Shown here one piece after another: positions 1 to 12,402 of a stretch of 64,000 nucleotides of DNA. The notes below the pieces were generated by a model. The model was not told the DNA's origin. It did not search any database and saw only the letters and a list, made by a program, of their open reading frames with translations. This DNA comes from an uncultured Clostridia bacterium (GTDB taxonomy: Bacteria; Bacillota; Clostridia; Christensenellales; UBA1242). The stretch is taken from assembly GCA_944359935.1 (NCBI GenBank), contig CALVTD010000001.1, positions 14,432-78,431 on the forward strand, written 5' to 3'. Within the stretch, counting starts at the first letter, position 1, and every line of letters begins with the position of its first letter. A program made the position numbers and the translations under genes.

Positions 1-1760
1 GCGTTTGGTTCAAGTTCCACCATGGAGAAGCCTTTATCTCGCCACTTGCACTCTTTAAGTTTGTCGGCGCTTATCTTAATCACATTGCCTCTGTCTGAGA
101 AAATGAGAATTGTGTCCGCGCTTGTGCAGTTTAGCGACTGAATATGCACATCGGTTAAAGTAGAAGTTTCCGTAAGCGCTTTGTTTGACATGGAGTAATT
201 TTTTGCGCTCACTTTTTTAACAGTTCCACCAGCAGTTAACGCAAGCACATAGTTTAAAGCAGATGGCGCTTCGCTTACTGCCTCTTTAACTTTAATTTCC
301 GCGCTTTTTAAAGCGTGGCTTTTTCTTGGCGTTGCATATGCCTTTTTAATTTCAAAAATCTCTTTTTTAACAACTTCAAACTGCAAGGTTTTGCTGTTTA
401 AAATTTTGGTTAATCTGTCAATGGTTTCATTAAGTTCTTTTAACTCGGCTTTAAGTTTGTCTTCCTCCAAATTTACAAGCCTTGCAAGACGCATATCCAA
501 AATGGCCTGCGTTTGCTTTTCCGAAAAGCCGAATTTGGCTTTCAATCTAGTTTTAGCCTCTGTAACAGTTGGGCTGGATTTGATTATTTTAATCACCGCG
601 TCTATGTTTGCAATCGCTTTAAGCAGGCCTTCAACAATATGTGCACGGTCTTTTGCCGCGTTAAGGTCAAAGCGCGTTCTTCTAACAATTACCTCGCGTT
701 GATAGTTGGCGTAATAGGAAATTATGTCCAAAAGCCCCATAAGCCTTGGCTTGCCACCTGCAATCGCCACCATGTTGATAGCATAAGAAATTTGCATGTT
801 GGTGGATTTGAACAACATTGCCAAAATTTTGTTAGGGTCGGCATCTTTTTTGAGCCTGATGATTGCTCGCATGCCGTTTTTATCGCTTTCGTCCCTGATT
901 TCGCTTATCGCAGAAAGTTTATCCTTATTTGCCTCTTTAAGTTCCACAATTTTTTGCAATAGAGCGGCTTTGTTAACCTGATATGGCAGTTCTGTGATTA
1001 CCAGATTGCACTTGTCGCCATTGTTTTCAACGCACACTTTGGCGCGAATGGTGATTTTTCCCTTTCCAGTTTGATAGGCCTGTTTAAGCCCATCTTCAAA
1101 AATCAGTTCGCCGCCTGTTGGAAAATCTGGGCCTTTGATGATGGTCATCATCTGCTCCAAAGTGATGCGCGGATTGTTGATGTATGCCACAACGCCGTCA
1201 ACCACTTCGCCAAGGTTGTGTGGAGGGATGTTGGTTGCCACACCAACCGCAATGCCAGACGCACCATTTACCAGCAGGTTTGGAAATCTGCCAGGCAGCA
1301 TGTCTGGCTCTTTTAACGAGTCGTCAAAGTTCAAACTCCATTTAACGGTGTCTTTATCAAGGTCGCGCAAAAGTTCCATTGCAAGCGGCGCAAGCCTTGC
1401 CTCTGTATAACGCATTGCCGCTGCGCTGTCGCCGTCCACCGAGCCAAAGTTGCCATGCCCGTCAACAAGCGGAGCACGCAGCACAAAATCCTGACTAAGC
1501 CTTACCATGGCATCATAAACAGAACTATCGCCGTGAGGGTGATATTTACCCATGCACTCGCCCACAATTCTTGCAGACTTTTTATATGGTTTTTCTGGCT
1601 GCAAGCCAAGTTCCAGCATGGAATAAAGAATTCTTCTTTGCACAGGTTTAAGCCCGTCTTCCACCCTTGGCAGCGCCCTATCCAGCACAACGTGCTCGGT
1701 ATAAGGAATCATGGAGTCATGCAGCACTTCATCTAGTGATTTATATATAATCTCTTCCAT
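1..1760 (-). CDS. Type IIA DNA topoisomerase subunit A (GyrA/ParC family), N-terminal ~586 aa; C-terminus lies beyond the window edge
   Basis: Absent from the ORF track because it runs off the window. Hand translation from ATG at 1760 (GGGAGG upstream) gives [48 protein letters not shown]...[19 protein letters not shown]...[10 protein letters not shown] (catalytic Tyr motif)...[15 protein letters not shown]. It starts 2 nt after the B-subunit stop. Confidence 0.85.
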   Translation of the reverse strand, partial: MEEIIYKSLDEVLHDSMIPYTEHVVLDRALPRVEDGLKPVQRRILYSMLELGLQPEKPYKKSARIVGECMGKYHPHGDSSVYDAMVRLSQDFVLRAPLVDGHGNFGSVDGDSAAAMRYTEARLAPLAMELLRDLDKDTVKWSLNFDDSLKEPDMLPGRFPNLLVNGASGIAVGVATNIPPHNLGEVVDGVVAYINNPRITLEQMMTIIKGPDFPTGGELIFEDGLKQAYQTGKGKITIRAKVCVENNGDKCNLVITELPYQVNKAALLQKIVELKEANKDKLSAISEIRDESDKNGMRAIIRLKKDADPNKILAMLFKSTNMQISYAINMVAIAGGKPRLMGLLDIISYYANYQREVIVRRTRFDLNAAKDRAHIVEGLLKAIANIDAVIKIIKSSPTVTEAKTRLKAKFGFSEKQTQAILDMRLARLVNLEEDKLKAELKELNETIDRLTKILNSKTLQFEVVKKEIFEIKKAYATPRKSHALKSAEIKVKEAVSEAPSALNYVLALTAGGTVKKVSAKNYSMSNKALTETSTLTDVHIQSLNCTSADTILIFSDRGNVIKISADKLKECKWRDKGFSMVELEPN

Positions 1761-1761
1761 T

Positions 1762-3708
1762 CTAGCCTCCCTTATACTCATTCATAAAACTGTCAACCCT
1801 GTCAAAGTTGGCATGCTGAGAAATGTATTCCTTCCTTGCCTCTATGTCATCGCCCATAAGCGTTACCACCATTTTTTCAGCCTCAGCGGCATCTTCAATG
1901 GTAACTTGAATAAGCGAGCGCTTTTCAGGGTCCATGGTTGTTTCATAAAGTTGGTCTGGGTTCATCTCACCCAAGCCTTTATATCTTTGAATTAAATAGC
2001 CTTTTCCACATCTAGCCACTGCGGCAGGAAGTTCGGCATCCGAATAAACATATTCTTCAAAGCCTTTTTTATAAACCTTGTAAAGCGGTGGAAGCCCAAT
2101 AAACACATGCCCGTCGTTGATAAGTTCGCGCATATATCTAAAAAAGAAAGTAAGCAGTATTGCCCTGATGTGTGCTCCGTCTTGGTCTGCATCCGAGAGG
2201 ATGATAACTTTGTTGTATCTTAAACTTGAAATGTCAAAATCTTCACCAATGCCAGTTTCAAGAGCGCTGATGATGGTTCGAATTTCCTCATTGCCAAGCA
2301 CCTGGTCGATGCGCTTTTTCTCAGCATTCAGCGGCTTACCTCTAAGCGGCAAGATTGCTTGGAAAGAGCGGTCTCTGCCCTGCTTTGCACTTCCGCCTGC
2401 GGAATCACCTTCCACTATGAAAAGTTCGGCTTTTTCACGATTTCTTGAAGATGACGCGGCAAGTTTGCCCACCAAGTTAAAGTTATCTGCCGAGTTTTTT
2501 GCCCTCGTCAGTTCTTTGGCGCGTTTTGCAGCCTCTCTGGTTTTTGCGGCTGCCTTTGCCTTACCCAAAATTGCCTCAGCAACCGAAGCAGATTTTTTGC
2601 CGCTTAAAAAGTCGTTTAAGCCCTTGATTGTCAGCGCTTCCACTTTCACCCTTGCCTCAGGGTTGCCAAGTTTGGTTTTAGTTTGCCCCTCAAACTGAAC
2701 ATTGTTCATTTTAACAGACAAAACTATTGTAACGCCCTCTCTAAAATCTTCGCCCAAAAAGTTTGGTTCTTTTTCCTTCAAAAAGTTGTTTGCACGCGCA
2801 TAGTCGTTAAACACTTTGGTGATTGCTGATTTTGCACCCGTCTCATGCGTTCCACCCTCAGTGGTTGGAATGTTATTTACATAAGAAAAGCAGTTTTCTG
2901 TGTAGCCATCTGTATAGATAAGGGCAAGTTCCATTTGAAAGTCTTCGTCCTCTTCCTCAATGTATATAGGCTTTGGATACAACTTTGTTTTGCCCTCAAC
3001 CAAATATTCAGCAAAATCGCTTATTCCTCCCTCATAGTGATAGGTGGCTTGTCCGCCATCTATTTTATCTATGATGTTAATTTTTAAGTTTTTGTTTAAA
3101 AATGCAAGTTCTCTGGCCCTTCTTGAAATGACATCAAAACTAAATTCCTGCTTGCCAAAAATTCGCTCGTCAGGCATAAATGTAACTTTTGTGCCGGTTT
3201 TGTTAGCCTTGCCAACAACAGTTAGTGGTTTTTCAACAACGCCGCCATGAATTTTGCCGTCTGCCCCTTCTTTGGATGCAAAACGCATATTGTGCTCTTT
3301 GCCGTCTCTGTAAACAGTTACATCACACCACAAAGAAAGCGCGTTGGTAACCGATGCGCCCACGCCATGCAATCCGCCCGAAAACTTATAGTTTGCAGTG
3401 TTAAATTTACCGCCGGCATGCAAAGTTGTGTAAACAACCTCCACGCCTGATTTTTTCATAGTTGGATGAATGTCAACAGGAATTCCGCGCCCATTATCTT
3501 CAACCGTTGCGCTTCCATCCTGATTGATTGTTATGTTGATTGTGTCGCCGTAGCCGCTGGAAATTTCGTCTATCGCGTTGTCTACAATCTCCCACAAAAT
3601 GTGATGAAAACCTTTTGGTCCTGTTGTGCCGATATACATGCCAGGTCTAAGTCTAACCGCGTCAAGCCCTTCAAGCACAACAATATCTTTTGATTCATAT
3701 TCGGCCAT
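1762..3708 (-). CDS. Type IIA DNA topoisomerase subunit B (GyrB/ParE family ATPase)
   Basis: [60 protein letters not shown]; start moved to MAEYESK (AGGAGA RBS). Gyrase versus topo IV cannot be decided without phylogeny. Confidence 0.9.
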   Translation of the reverse strand: MAEYESKDIVVLEGLDAVRLRPGMYIGTTGPKGFHHILWEIVDNAIDEISSGYGDTINITINQDGSATVEDNGRGIPVDIHPTMKKSGVEVVYTTLHAGGKFNTANYKFSGGLHGVGASVTNALSLWCDVTVYRDGKEHNMRFASKEGADGKIHGGVVEKPLTVVGKANKTGTKVTFMPDERIFGKQEFSFDVISRRARELAFLNKNLKINIIDKIDGGQATYHYEGGISDFAEYLVEGKTKLYPKPIYIEEEDEDFQMELALIYTDGYTENCFSYVNNIPTTEGGTHETGAKSAITKVFNDYARANNFLKEKEPNFLGEDFREGVTIVLSVKMNNVQFEGQTKTKLGNPEARVKVEALTIKGLNDFLSGKKSASVAEAILGKAKAAAKTREAAKRAKELTRAKNSADNFNLVGKLAASSSRNREKAELFIVEGDSAGGSAKQGRDRSFQAILPLRGKPLNAEKKRIDQVLGNEEIRTIISALETGIGEDFDISSLRYNKVIILSDADQDGAHIRAILLTFFFRYMRELINDGHVFIGLPPLYKVYKKGFEEYVYSDAELPAAVARCGKGYLIQRYKGLGEMNPDQLYETTMDPEKRSLIQVTIEDAAEAEKMVVTLMGDDIEARKEYISQHANFDRVDSFMNEYKGG

Positions 3709-3859
3709 ATCATCTCCTAGTTTAATAAATATATAATTATTATAACACAATCAAAATTTTAAACCAAGAAATTTTAACTTTTCGACATGTGTATTTTTAT
3801 TCATTTTTATGCATAAATACACTTAAATAAATTGCGCGATGATTGCGTATTATATAACT

Positions 3860-4897
3860 ATGAAAAAGATTGTATTCACTGGTGGCGGAACTGCGGGACA
3901 CATATATCCCAACATCGCCCTTATAGAGGATTTAAAAAATTATGAGGTTCATTACATTGGCTCAAATGGCATGGAAAAACAAATTTTGAAAAATTTTCCA
4001 AAAGTTGTTTATCATGAAATTTCAACAGTTAAATTTGACAGGGTTCACCTTTTAAAAAATTTATCCATACCCTTTAAACTTTACAAAAGTGTGCGCGAGG
4101 CAAGAAAAATTTTGCGTGACATTAAGCCCAATGTGATTTTTTCAAAGGGCGGCTATGTTGCACTTCCAGTTGCCATAGCCTCAAAAAAACTTAACATAAA
4201 TCTGCTCACTCACGAAAGTGACTTGTCGCTTGGCCTTGCAAACAAAATCATTGCAAGATATGCAAAAATCGTTTGCACAACTTTTGAGCAAACAAGCGCC
4301 TCGCGCAAAAATTTTATTTGGACCGGCCAACCAATTCGCCATCAAATTTTTGAAGGCGACAAAAGCAAAGTTTTGGCAAAAATTGGCTACCAAACCAAAC
4401 CAATAATTTTGTTTGTTGGTGGAAGTTTAGGCTCAACAAAAATCAATTCACTTTTAAAGCAGCCCTCATATTTGACAGACAAATACACCATCATCCACGC
4501 CGTTGGAAAAAACAATATAGGCAGTTTTAAAGCATCTCAAAACTATTTTCCTTTTGCATATCTAGACCCGATTGCAGACTTCTACGCTGCCGCCGACCTT
4601 GTGGTTTCGCGCGCAGGCTCGGGTGTCATCAACGAACTTTTGGCGCTCAAAAAACCCATGCTTTTGCTGCCCCTTTCTAAAAATGCATCGCGCGGCGACC
4701 AAATTGAAAACGCCAAACTATTCAAAGAAAAAGGCTATGCAGAAGTGATTTATGATGAGCAATTATCACAAAAAACTTTGCAGCAATGTATAGAAAAAAT
4801 GTTTAAAAACATTGATTTTTATAAAAAAAATATGCAAAAAAGCATAAAAAACAATGCAAATTCGCAAATTTTACAGTTAATTGAAAAGTTTAGTTAA
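3860..4897 (+). CDS. murG: Undecaprenyl-PP-MurNAc-pentapeptide GlcNAc transferase MurG
   Basis: N-terminal KIVFTGGGTAGHIYPNIAL glycine-rich motif and C-terminal SRAGSGVINELLALKKPMLLLP...QIENA; start at MKKIVF preferred over the upstream ATG at 3839. Confidence 0.85.
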   Translation: MKKIVFTGGGTAGHIYPNIALIEDLKNYEVHYIGSNGMEKQILKNFPKVVYHEISTVKFDRVHLLKNLSIPFKLYKSVREARKILRDIKPNVIFSKGGYVALPVAIASKKLNINLLTHESDLSLGLANKIIARYAKIVCTTFEQTSASRKNFIWTGQPIRHQIFEGDKSKVLAKIGYQTKPIILFVGGSLGSTKINSLLKQPSYLTDKYTIIHAVGKNNIGSFKASQNYFPFAYLDPIADFYAAADLVVSRAGSGVINELLALKKPMLLLPLSKNASRGDQIENAKLFKEKGYAEVIYDEQLSQKTLQQCIEKMFKNIDFYKKNMQKSIKNNANSQILQLIEKFS

Positions 4898-6022
4898 ATC
4901 TGGATACCCAAAACCCTCCAAATTTTTGTTTAAACAAATTGGCGAGCAGCAACTAAGCAGCCGGCGCTTTGCCTCGTCTGGCGAAATGTTTGGATGCTTT
5001 TGGGCAAGCAAACACATCGCCCCTGCAATCATCGGTGTGGCAACAGAAGTGCCGCTTAATTTTGTATAATCATAGTTAAGGCCGCAGGAGGTTATGTCCA
5101 CAGCCGGCGCAACAACATCCGGCTTAAACGCCCTAAACGATGGGCCGCGTGAAGAGAAGGATGCAATCTCAAAAAGCGAGGCAGAAAAAGAATTGTCATC
5201 CAAGCGGTTATCATCCATGCCGCCAACGGTTATAAGCCTGCGGCTTACACCAGGGCTTTTTATTGACTGAAACTCAGGGCCACTGTTTCCCGCAGCAGCC
5301 ACAACAATTATTCCACTTTTCCAAAGTTCTTCGGCGCCGTTCATGATTGGGTCGTTATATCCCAGCGGCTCGCTGCCAAAACTCATACATATAACTTTTA
5401 TGCCGCACTCTTTGTGATGCTCATAAACCCATTCCATCGCTGACAATATGTTGTTTGAATAGGCCTCCCCATTTTTATCTAGCGCCTTTAAGGCGTAAAT
5501 ATCCGCTTGCGGTGCAATGCCCATAAACTTGCCACCACTTGATGCGCCCGACCCTGCACACACTCCGCTGACAAAAGTTCCATGCCCATTGTCATCATAC
5601 GGCTTATCGCGCCCACCAATAAAGTCCACAAACTTTTTTATGCGGTTTTCACCCAAACAAAAATCATAGTGACTCGAAATGCCCGTGTCAATAAAAGCCA
5701 CGCCCACACCCTTTCCGCTAAGCGATGTCTGTGGCATTTTTAGCACACGTCTTGCCACATGCATAAGTGCAAGCGCTGTGGAATTTGCGGATATGTATTT
5801 CACAGCACCCAGCCGCGAAAGCAAAGCAATTTGTTTTTTGTTTGCCCTGATATAAAAAGAATTGATGAATAAATATTCATCTAAAATTTCAATATTATGT
5901 TTTTTGAGCGTGCTTTTAAGTTCTTGAAAGCCTCTTGCGCTTATTAGACAATTTATTTTTTTATCGTCCTGAGCAAGCGCTGCCACATGGGCGAGATTTA
6001 AATCTATTTTTTTAAAATTCAT
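4877..6022 (-). CDS. Subtilisin-like serine protease (peptidase S8) with I9-like N-terminal propeptide; no signal peptide seen
   Basis: Catalytic triad motifs VAFIDTGI (Asp), DDNGHGTFVSG (His), LSGTSVATPMIAG (Ser). Confidence 0.85.
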   Translation of the reverse strand: MNFKKIDLNLAHVAALAQDDKKINCLISARGFQELKSTLKKHNIEILDEYLFINSFYIRANKKQIALLSRLGAVKYISANSTALALMHVARRVLKMPQTSLSGKGVGVAFIDTGISSHYDFCLGENRIKKFVDFIGGRDKPYDDNGHGTFVSGVCAGSGASSGGKFMGIAPQADIYALKALDKNGEAYSNNILSAMEWVYEHHKECGIKVICMSFGSEPLGYNDPIMNGAEELWKSGIIVVAAAGNSGPEFQSIKSPGVSRRLITVGGMDDNRLDDNSFSASLFEIASFSSRGPSFRAFKPDVVAPAVDITSCGLNYDYTKLSGTSVATPMIAGAMCLLAQKHPNISPDEAKRRLLSCCSPICLNKNLEGFGYPDLTKLFN

Positions 6023-6324
6023 CGCAAGTTCTCTAATAATTTTTTTAAATTTTGATAGGTGTCGGCTGGCAAAAACGCGCGCATGGCTTCTACGCTTTGG
6101 CTTAACAAATCAAAATCAAACGAGCCGTCCGCTTTCTGCCTGCCCACTTCCTCGGCAAGTTTGCTGGCCAAGGCAGAAGAATCCAAATCTTTCAGGTTGT
6201 CGTAAGCCTGCCTGATTTTTTGCTCATCTATGTTTGTTGCAGGCTGCTTCTCATTATTTTTAGAACCCTTATCTTTCGGCGGCTGCGGTTTTTGATAGTT
6301 GAAATCTGCAAAGTTTTTGCTCAT
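6019..6324 (-). CDS. Hypothetical 101-aa charged protein, translationally coupled to the S8 protease
   Basis: ORF stop overlaps the protease start by 4 nt (6019-6022); no recognisable motif. Confidence 0.4.
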   Translation of the reverse strand: MSKNFADFNYQKPQPPKDKGSKNNEKQPATNIDEQKIRQAYDNLKDLDSSALASKLAEEVGRQKADGSFDFDLLSQSVEAMRAFLPADTYQNLKKLLENLR

Positions 6325-6416
6325 GCCACTTTTCTCCCTGTTGCATTATATGCTCGCAAAAATTTTAACTCCACAAAATTGTTACATATTTTATTTTTTA
6401 AGCATATAAATTTAGC

Positions 6417-6773
6417 ATGAACAATAATTTCCCTCCACTTTATCCGCAAGAGGCCTATTTAGAGCAAAACAACACCAATGCGTTTGTAAACAATAAAAAT
6501 AACGCATATTTTGAAAGCGGCACGGGGCAAACTCCTCAACAATTTTCGCAAAATCCGTTGGCGGGGCTGCTTGGAGGTATGTCTGGCTCAAATAATTTTT
6601 CCTCTGCCCTCTTACCTCTTTTAATAAAAGCGCTTTCTGGCGGCGGAGTTAATGCACTTGCAGAAGACACCTCAAAAAATTTAGACAATCCGCTTATGGG
6701 CATTCTTTCATCTTTTGGTGGCAATAAAAAATCCCCGCCAAATAATGTCGGGGAAAAGCAATTTCCAGATTAG
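6417..6773 (+). CDS. Hypothetical low-complexity (N/G/S/P-rich) protein
   Basis: 118-aa ORF divergent from the 6019-6324 gene; composition-biased, no motif. Confidence 0.3.
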   Translation: MNNNFPPLYPQEAYLEQNNTNAFVNNKNNAYFESGTGQTPQQFSQNPLAGLLGGMSGSNNFSSALLPLLIKALSGGGVNALAEDTSKNLDNPLMGILSSFGGNKKSPPNNVGEKQFPD

Positions 6774-7435
6774 TCTTCGCTGTTATACTCGCCTGCCGAA
6801 ACAATTGAGCCACTTTTAAAGTAAATCTTTCTTTTGCAGAACCTATCTGCAATTTTTTCATCTGTTGTTGCGACAATCAGCGTGGTTGAAGGCTGAACAA
6901 GTTTCTCCAAAATCTCCTCAATCACCTCAATGTAGAAGTCCGAAAGATTTTCAAAGATGTTGTCAATCATCAAAAAGTCAAGTTTTCTAAAAGAAAGCCT
7001 AATAAGCGAAAGAATATATTTTTCTTCCACTGAAAGGTTTGAAATTTTTTCATCTTTAATTTTTTCAAGCGAGAACTCAATCACCGCCTCGTTGATTTTG
7101 CTTTCAATTTCAGCAGGCGCAATTTTGCGTTCATTTAAAATATACTTAAAGTTTTCATACACCGTTTTATTTTCCAAAAACACAGGCGATGCTGGCACAT
7201 ATCCTGCGCTGATGTCAGAGCGAAAGTTAACCTTTTTAAGAGGCCTGTCTTTAAGATAAATCTCGCCTTTTGTTGGCTTTTCAAGTTTGGAAATTATTCG
7301 AAGCAGGCTGGTTTTGCCGCTGTTGTCCGCGCCCACAAAAGCCACTTTCTCGCCATCGGCAACTTCTAAGTTTATGTCATAAAGCGCATAAAATTCGCGT
7401 GTGTATTTTAAAAACAAATGTTTGATTGAAAGCAT
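6770..7435 (-). CDS. ABC-type nucleotide-binding-domain protein with degenerate catalytic motifs (orphan, no permease nearby)
   Basis: Walker A GADNSGKT is intact. The signature reads LSVEEK instead of LSGGQ, Walker B is FLMIDNI (no catalytic Glu), and the H-loop position reads ATTDE. Confidence 0.7.
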   Translation of the reverse strand: MLSIKHLFLKYTREFYALYDINLEVADGEKVAFVGADNSGKTSLLRIISKLEKPTKGEIYLKDRPLKKVNFRSDISAGYVPASPVFLENKTVYENFKYILNERKIAPAEIESKINEAVIEFSLEKIKDEKISNLSVEEKYILSLIRLSFRKLDFLMIDNIFENLSDFYIEVIEEILEKLVQPSTTLIVATTDEKIADRFCKRKIYFKSGSIVSAGEYNSED

Positions 7436-7467
7436 AACAACTCCTTGTAATAATTCTACTATAAAAT

Positions 7468-7500
7468 AATAAAAAATAAAAGCGATTTAACCTCGCTTTT
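7468..7500 (-). terminator. Rho-independent terminator after the lipoprotein gene
   Basis: Hairpin AAGCGA/TCGCTT (7480-7498) followed on the minus strand by a T-run. Confidence 0.45.
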
Positions 7501-7517
7501 ACTTTGCTTACAATTTT

Positions 7518-8021
7518 TTAACCACAATTTAAAACAAAATCTTCACTGACTGGCTGAGTATTCGCCAAAATCTGGCCTGTGCCCTCGGCGTTATCCTCAA
7601 CCTCGCCAGCCACAACCCTGAAAAATAACTTGGCAGGCTGTTCAACGTTAAAAACATAAATCACATCCACCGCATCTTTAAGCCTACTAAAAGTTTCTCT
7701 GCCCTCTTGCCCCATGCTTGAATAGATGAGGCTTGTCAGCGAATTCCACCTATCTTTTTGCGAGATTGTTGCGCTCATCTGCCCGTCACCCTCTCTAAAA
7801 AAGGTGAAACTTAAATTTTCAACATCGCTCATAATTTGCATGTCATAATATTTCTCTTCAACCCTGTCATCCTGCTGAAAACTGATTTTTATTGAATAGT
7901 CGTCACTGCCAGCGCTGGTGGCGTTGGAAAGGTACGCAACCGTGATTTCATTTGAACTTTCACAACCTGCAAATATGCACGCGCACATGATGAGCAAAGC
8001 CAAAAACTTTAATTTTTTCAT
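7518..8021 (-). CDS. Lipoprotein, unknown function
   Basis: MKKLKFLALLIMCACIFAGC lipobox; GGAGGTG RBS before ATG at 8021. Confidence 0.6.
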   Translation of the reverse strand: MKKLKFLALLIMCACIFAGCESSNEITVAYLSNATSAGSDDYSIKISFQQDDRVEEKYYDMQIMSDVENLSFTFFREGDGQMSATISQKDRWNSLTSLIYSSMGQEGRETFSRLKDAVDVIYVFNVEQPAKLFFRVVAGEVEDNAEGTGQILANTQPVSEDFVLNCG

Positions 8022-8069
8022 ATTCACCTCCTTTTACTTATTTCCAGTAAAAGCAGGTTTAATCATTTT

Positions 8070-9692
<1,623 letters not shown>

Positions 9693-9974
9693 CTACTTGA
9701 TGATTGCAAGAATGTCGCTTTGCCTTACCACGACATACTTTTTATCTCCGTCTTCAATTTCGACGCCTGCATATTTGGAATAAAGCACTTCGTCCCCAAC
9801 CTTTACAAGCATTTTAACATCTTTGCCATCTGCCGTTCCGCCTTCGCCCACAGCAACAACCTTTGCAATTTGCGATTTATCCTGCGCCACAGAAGGCAAC
9901 AAAATTCCACCTTTGCTTTCCTCCGCCTTTTTCGGTTCAAGCAAAACTCTGTCAAAAAGTGGTTGTAATTTCAT
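9693..9974 (-). CDS. groS: Co-chaperonin GroES (Cpn10)
   Basis: MKLQPLFDRVLLEP...GGILLP...AKVVAVGEG; directly upstream of groEL. Confidence 0.95.
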   Translation of the reverse strand: MKLQPLFDRVLLEPKKAEESKGGILLPSVAQDKSQIAKVVAVGEGGTADGKDVKMLVKVGDEVLYSKYAGVEIEDGDKKYVVVRQSDILAIIK

Positions 9975-10082
9975 AATTTCCTCCTTGAATAACTACTCTT
10001 TTAGTTTACAACTCCGCATTTTTTTTGTAAAGCAAAAGTGCCAGTTTTAACTGAATACTTTGTCAAAATAAGTCATAAAAAT

Positions 10083-10832
10083 ATGATGATGAAACATGCA
10101 AAAAGCAAAAAAATTAAAATAATTTTTCTTGTGCTTATTGTGGCTTTGGTTATATGTGCAAGTGTTGTTGCGAATTATTTTTCCTCCTCACTTTTTATAG
10201 GCAGCGCGCAAAATTATTCAGGAGGTTTCACCGCTCAGGCAAATGAGTGCTACCTGATAAGCATCGCCAAATCGCAAAGCGAACTTGAAGCAAAAACGCT
10301 TGCTGGCGATTATGAAGAGTGCGGCGCCGCGGGATATATTTGGAAGCAGAACGAATATTATCATGTGATTTTCAGCGCTCATGAAAACCAAAATGATGCC
10401 TCTCTTGTGCAAGAGGCATTGCAAGAAAGGCTGCTGAAAACGCAAATTATTAAAGTGATTTTGCCGCCATATAGTTTTGAAGGCGATTTCACCGCCTCTC
10501 AGCATGCCATTTTGCAGCACAGCGCCAGCAGTTTTATGCAAAGTTTTAGAACGCTTGCAGATCTTGCTGTGGGCATAGAAACAAATGTTTACTCAAATTC
10601 CACTGTGCAAGAAAAACTTCAAAAATTGCAAAACTCCGCCAATAGTTTATGTGAAGAATTTAACAGTGAGTTTGCTAACAGTTCTCAAAACAAAATTGTC
10701 GCGCTTGGTGAATACCTTGCCGACCAGTTGGAGACGATTATGCTGACAAATGTTAGCGCCGCAAACATAAAGTACCATGCTGTGGAGATTTTGGACATTT
10801 ACAAAAACATGTGCACAGAATTTAACAGTTAA
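10083..10832 (+). CDS. Membrane-anchored protein with possible SPOR-like domain
   Basis: N-terminal TM helix (IIFLVLIVALVICASVV). The segment YLISIAKSQSELEAKTLAGDYEECGAAGYIWKQNEYYHVIFSAHENQNDA resembles a SPOR repeat. Start at the MMMKH cluster. Confidence 0.4.
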   Translation: MMMKHAKSKKIKIIFLVLIVALVICASVVANYFSSSLFIGSAQNYSGGFTAQANECYLISIAKSQSELEAKTLAGDYEECGAAGYIWKQNEYYHVIFSAHENQNDASLVQEALQERLLKTQIIKVILPPYSFEGDFTASQHAILQHSASSFMQSFRTLADLAVGIETNVYSNSTVQEKLQKLQNSANSLCEEFNSEFANSSQNKIVALGEYLADQLETIMLTNVSAANIKYHAVEILDIYKNMCTEFNS

Positions 10833-11532
10833 AAAGATAGTGAAAAAATTTTGGCAGGCTTTCACCCTCGCCCGTTGTCATAAAAAAGCAGTCGTTCCCT
10901 CCACTTTGCGGGCAAAAGCAGTTTAAGCGCTTTGCAATGCCTTGGCTGCTGGCAAAAAGTTCAGCATCACAAAAACTTGAAATCTGCGCCTTAATAGCCT
11001 CAAAATGCGTGCAACCCAAAACAATCGCCTTAGGCGAAAGAGGCAAAATGTTTTGTTTTAGATATGGCGTTAAACAATCCAAATCAAACAAATTTTGGTC
11101 TATCAGCGTTGGCAAATTTTGGATGGCAAGCGTGCGCATGCGCGGATGTTTTTTTGCAAGCGCGCTGTATTTTATCGTTGCAGGAGTGGCAAGCAAAAGC
11201 ACCTCGCTCTCGTCATATTTTTCACATGCAGGCTTAATCGCTGGCTCGCAACCAACAAAAATAATGTGCGGATAAAGCGCCCGCATTCTTTTAATTGCTG
11301 CCGCCGTTAAAGTGTTGCATGCAAAAATTATGATGTCTGGCTTAAAAAAAGAATTTAACAGTTCCACCAAATTTTTTGCAATATTTATTAAATTTTGCTT
11401 ATTTTTTTGACCATACGGCGCATTTTTTTCGTCAGCGAGATATAAAAATTGGCAGTCGTGAACTGAACCGAGCAAATTTTTCAGCACATTCAATCCACCA
11501 CTGCCGCTATCAATCACCGCTACTTTTTTCAC
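10822..11532 (-). CDS. murI: Glutamate racemase MurI
   Basis: VIDSGSGGLNVL, FACNTLTAAAI and LGCTHFEAI catalytic Cys motifs. Confidence 0.85.
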   Translation of the reverse strand: MKKVAVIDSGSGGLNVLKNLLGSVHDCQFLYLADEKNAPYGQKNKQNLINIAKNLVELLNSFFKPDIIIFACNTLTAAAIKRMRALYPHIIFVGCEPAIKPACEKYDESEVLLLATPATIKYSALAKKHPRMRTLAIQNLPTLIDQNLFDLDCLTPYLKQNILPLSPKAIVLGCTHFEAIKAQISSFCDAELFASSQGIAKRLNCFCPQSGGNDCFFMTTGEGESLPKFFHYLFNC

Positions 11533-11546
11533 ATATTTTATATATG

Positions 11547-12323
11547 CTACATAGTTAAACTAATTGCCTGTGAAATTATTTTTGAAAGGTTGTTTATTTC
11601 GCTGTGAATATCCTTTGGGGTTAAAATAAGTTTCTCTGGAAACTCGGGGCTAACCTTGCCTGCCAGCAGCATGGTTGGCACACCGATTGAAATGCACGGC
11701 ACGCCTAATGAGTCCTCGCAAAGTTTATTGCCCAAATTGTTTACCGCGCTTGCAGGCGTCATGCCCACATCGTTGATTTGAATGGAGGTTGTAAGCCTGG
11801 AAGGGCTGTCGGTTCCCAGCGCATCAATAATGCAAACCGCGTCCACGTCCAGCCAAATGGCAAGCATGTTCACGGCATCAAAAGAATTGATGCCGGTGTT
11901 AACAAAAATGTTGGGAGCAAACTTAAAAATGCGAAGTGGCTTTTTAAAAACCTCCAAATCCATTCTGTCCAAAACTTTTGGGCCTATGCTGTCTGCCAGT
12001 ATCGCTGGGTTGCCCAGCCCCACCACAAGGATGCGCGATGATTTGGTTAAATTATTTTTTCGTTTCAACAATCTCAGCCCCTTGCAAATTTGCTGGCAAA
12101 CATAGTCAAAACATTGCTGCCCATAGCCGTGCAGCAGCGGGCAGTTATAAATAATGTAAGTGCCCCTGTCAAACCCTGTGCGTTTAGATTTTTCGTTGCT
12201 GTCAACATCAATTTTGCCCACTCGCAGAGAAAATTTGCCATGCATGGTTTCTTCATAGCCCAAACTTTTTAAATCTTCGCCACATTCATCAATCAAATCA
12301 AACATACAAATATTTTGCGGCAA
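11547..12323 (-). CDS. gpr: GPR spore germination protease (peptidase A25 family), short form
   Basis: RGTYIIY, ILVVGLGNPAILADSIGPKV, IIDALGT...RLTTSIQINDVGMTP, LGVPCISIGVPTML; divergent from rpsT as in Bacillus. Start uncertain (TTG 12323 or ATG 12305). Confidence 0.7.
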   Translation of the reverse strand: MPQNICMFDLIDECGEDLKSLGYEETMHGKFSLRVGKIDVDSNEKSKRTGFDRGTYIIYNCPLLHGYGQQCFDYVCQQICKGLRLLKRKNNLTKSSRILVVGLGNPAILADSIGPKVLDRMDLEVFKKPLRIFKFAPNIFVNTGINSFDAVNMLAIWLDVDAVCIIDALGTDSPSRLTTSIQINDVGMTPASAVNNLGNKLCEDSLGVPCISIGVPTMLLAGKVSPEFPEKLILTPKDIHSEINNLSKIISQAISLTM

Positions 12324-12346
12324 TCAAAAAAAATTATTTATTTTAC

Positions 12347-12375
12347 TTGCAAAATTGCACTTGTTATGATATAAT
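12347..12375 (+). promoter_or_regulatory. Sigma-A type promoter of rpsT
   Basis: TTGCAA (12347-12352), 17-nt spacer, TATAAT (12370-12375). Confidence 0.5.
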
Positions 12376-12402
12376 CACCTTAGACTTGAAAAGGAGAAGA
12401 AC

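Noticed and set aside
9975-10060. Expected CIRCE operator (TTAGCACTC-N9-GAGTGCTAA) upstream of groES.
   Set aside because: Only a weak half-site (GAGTTGTAA) is present, with no partner at the right spacing. hrcA is also not next to lepA-hemW here. No regulatory call made.
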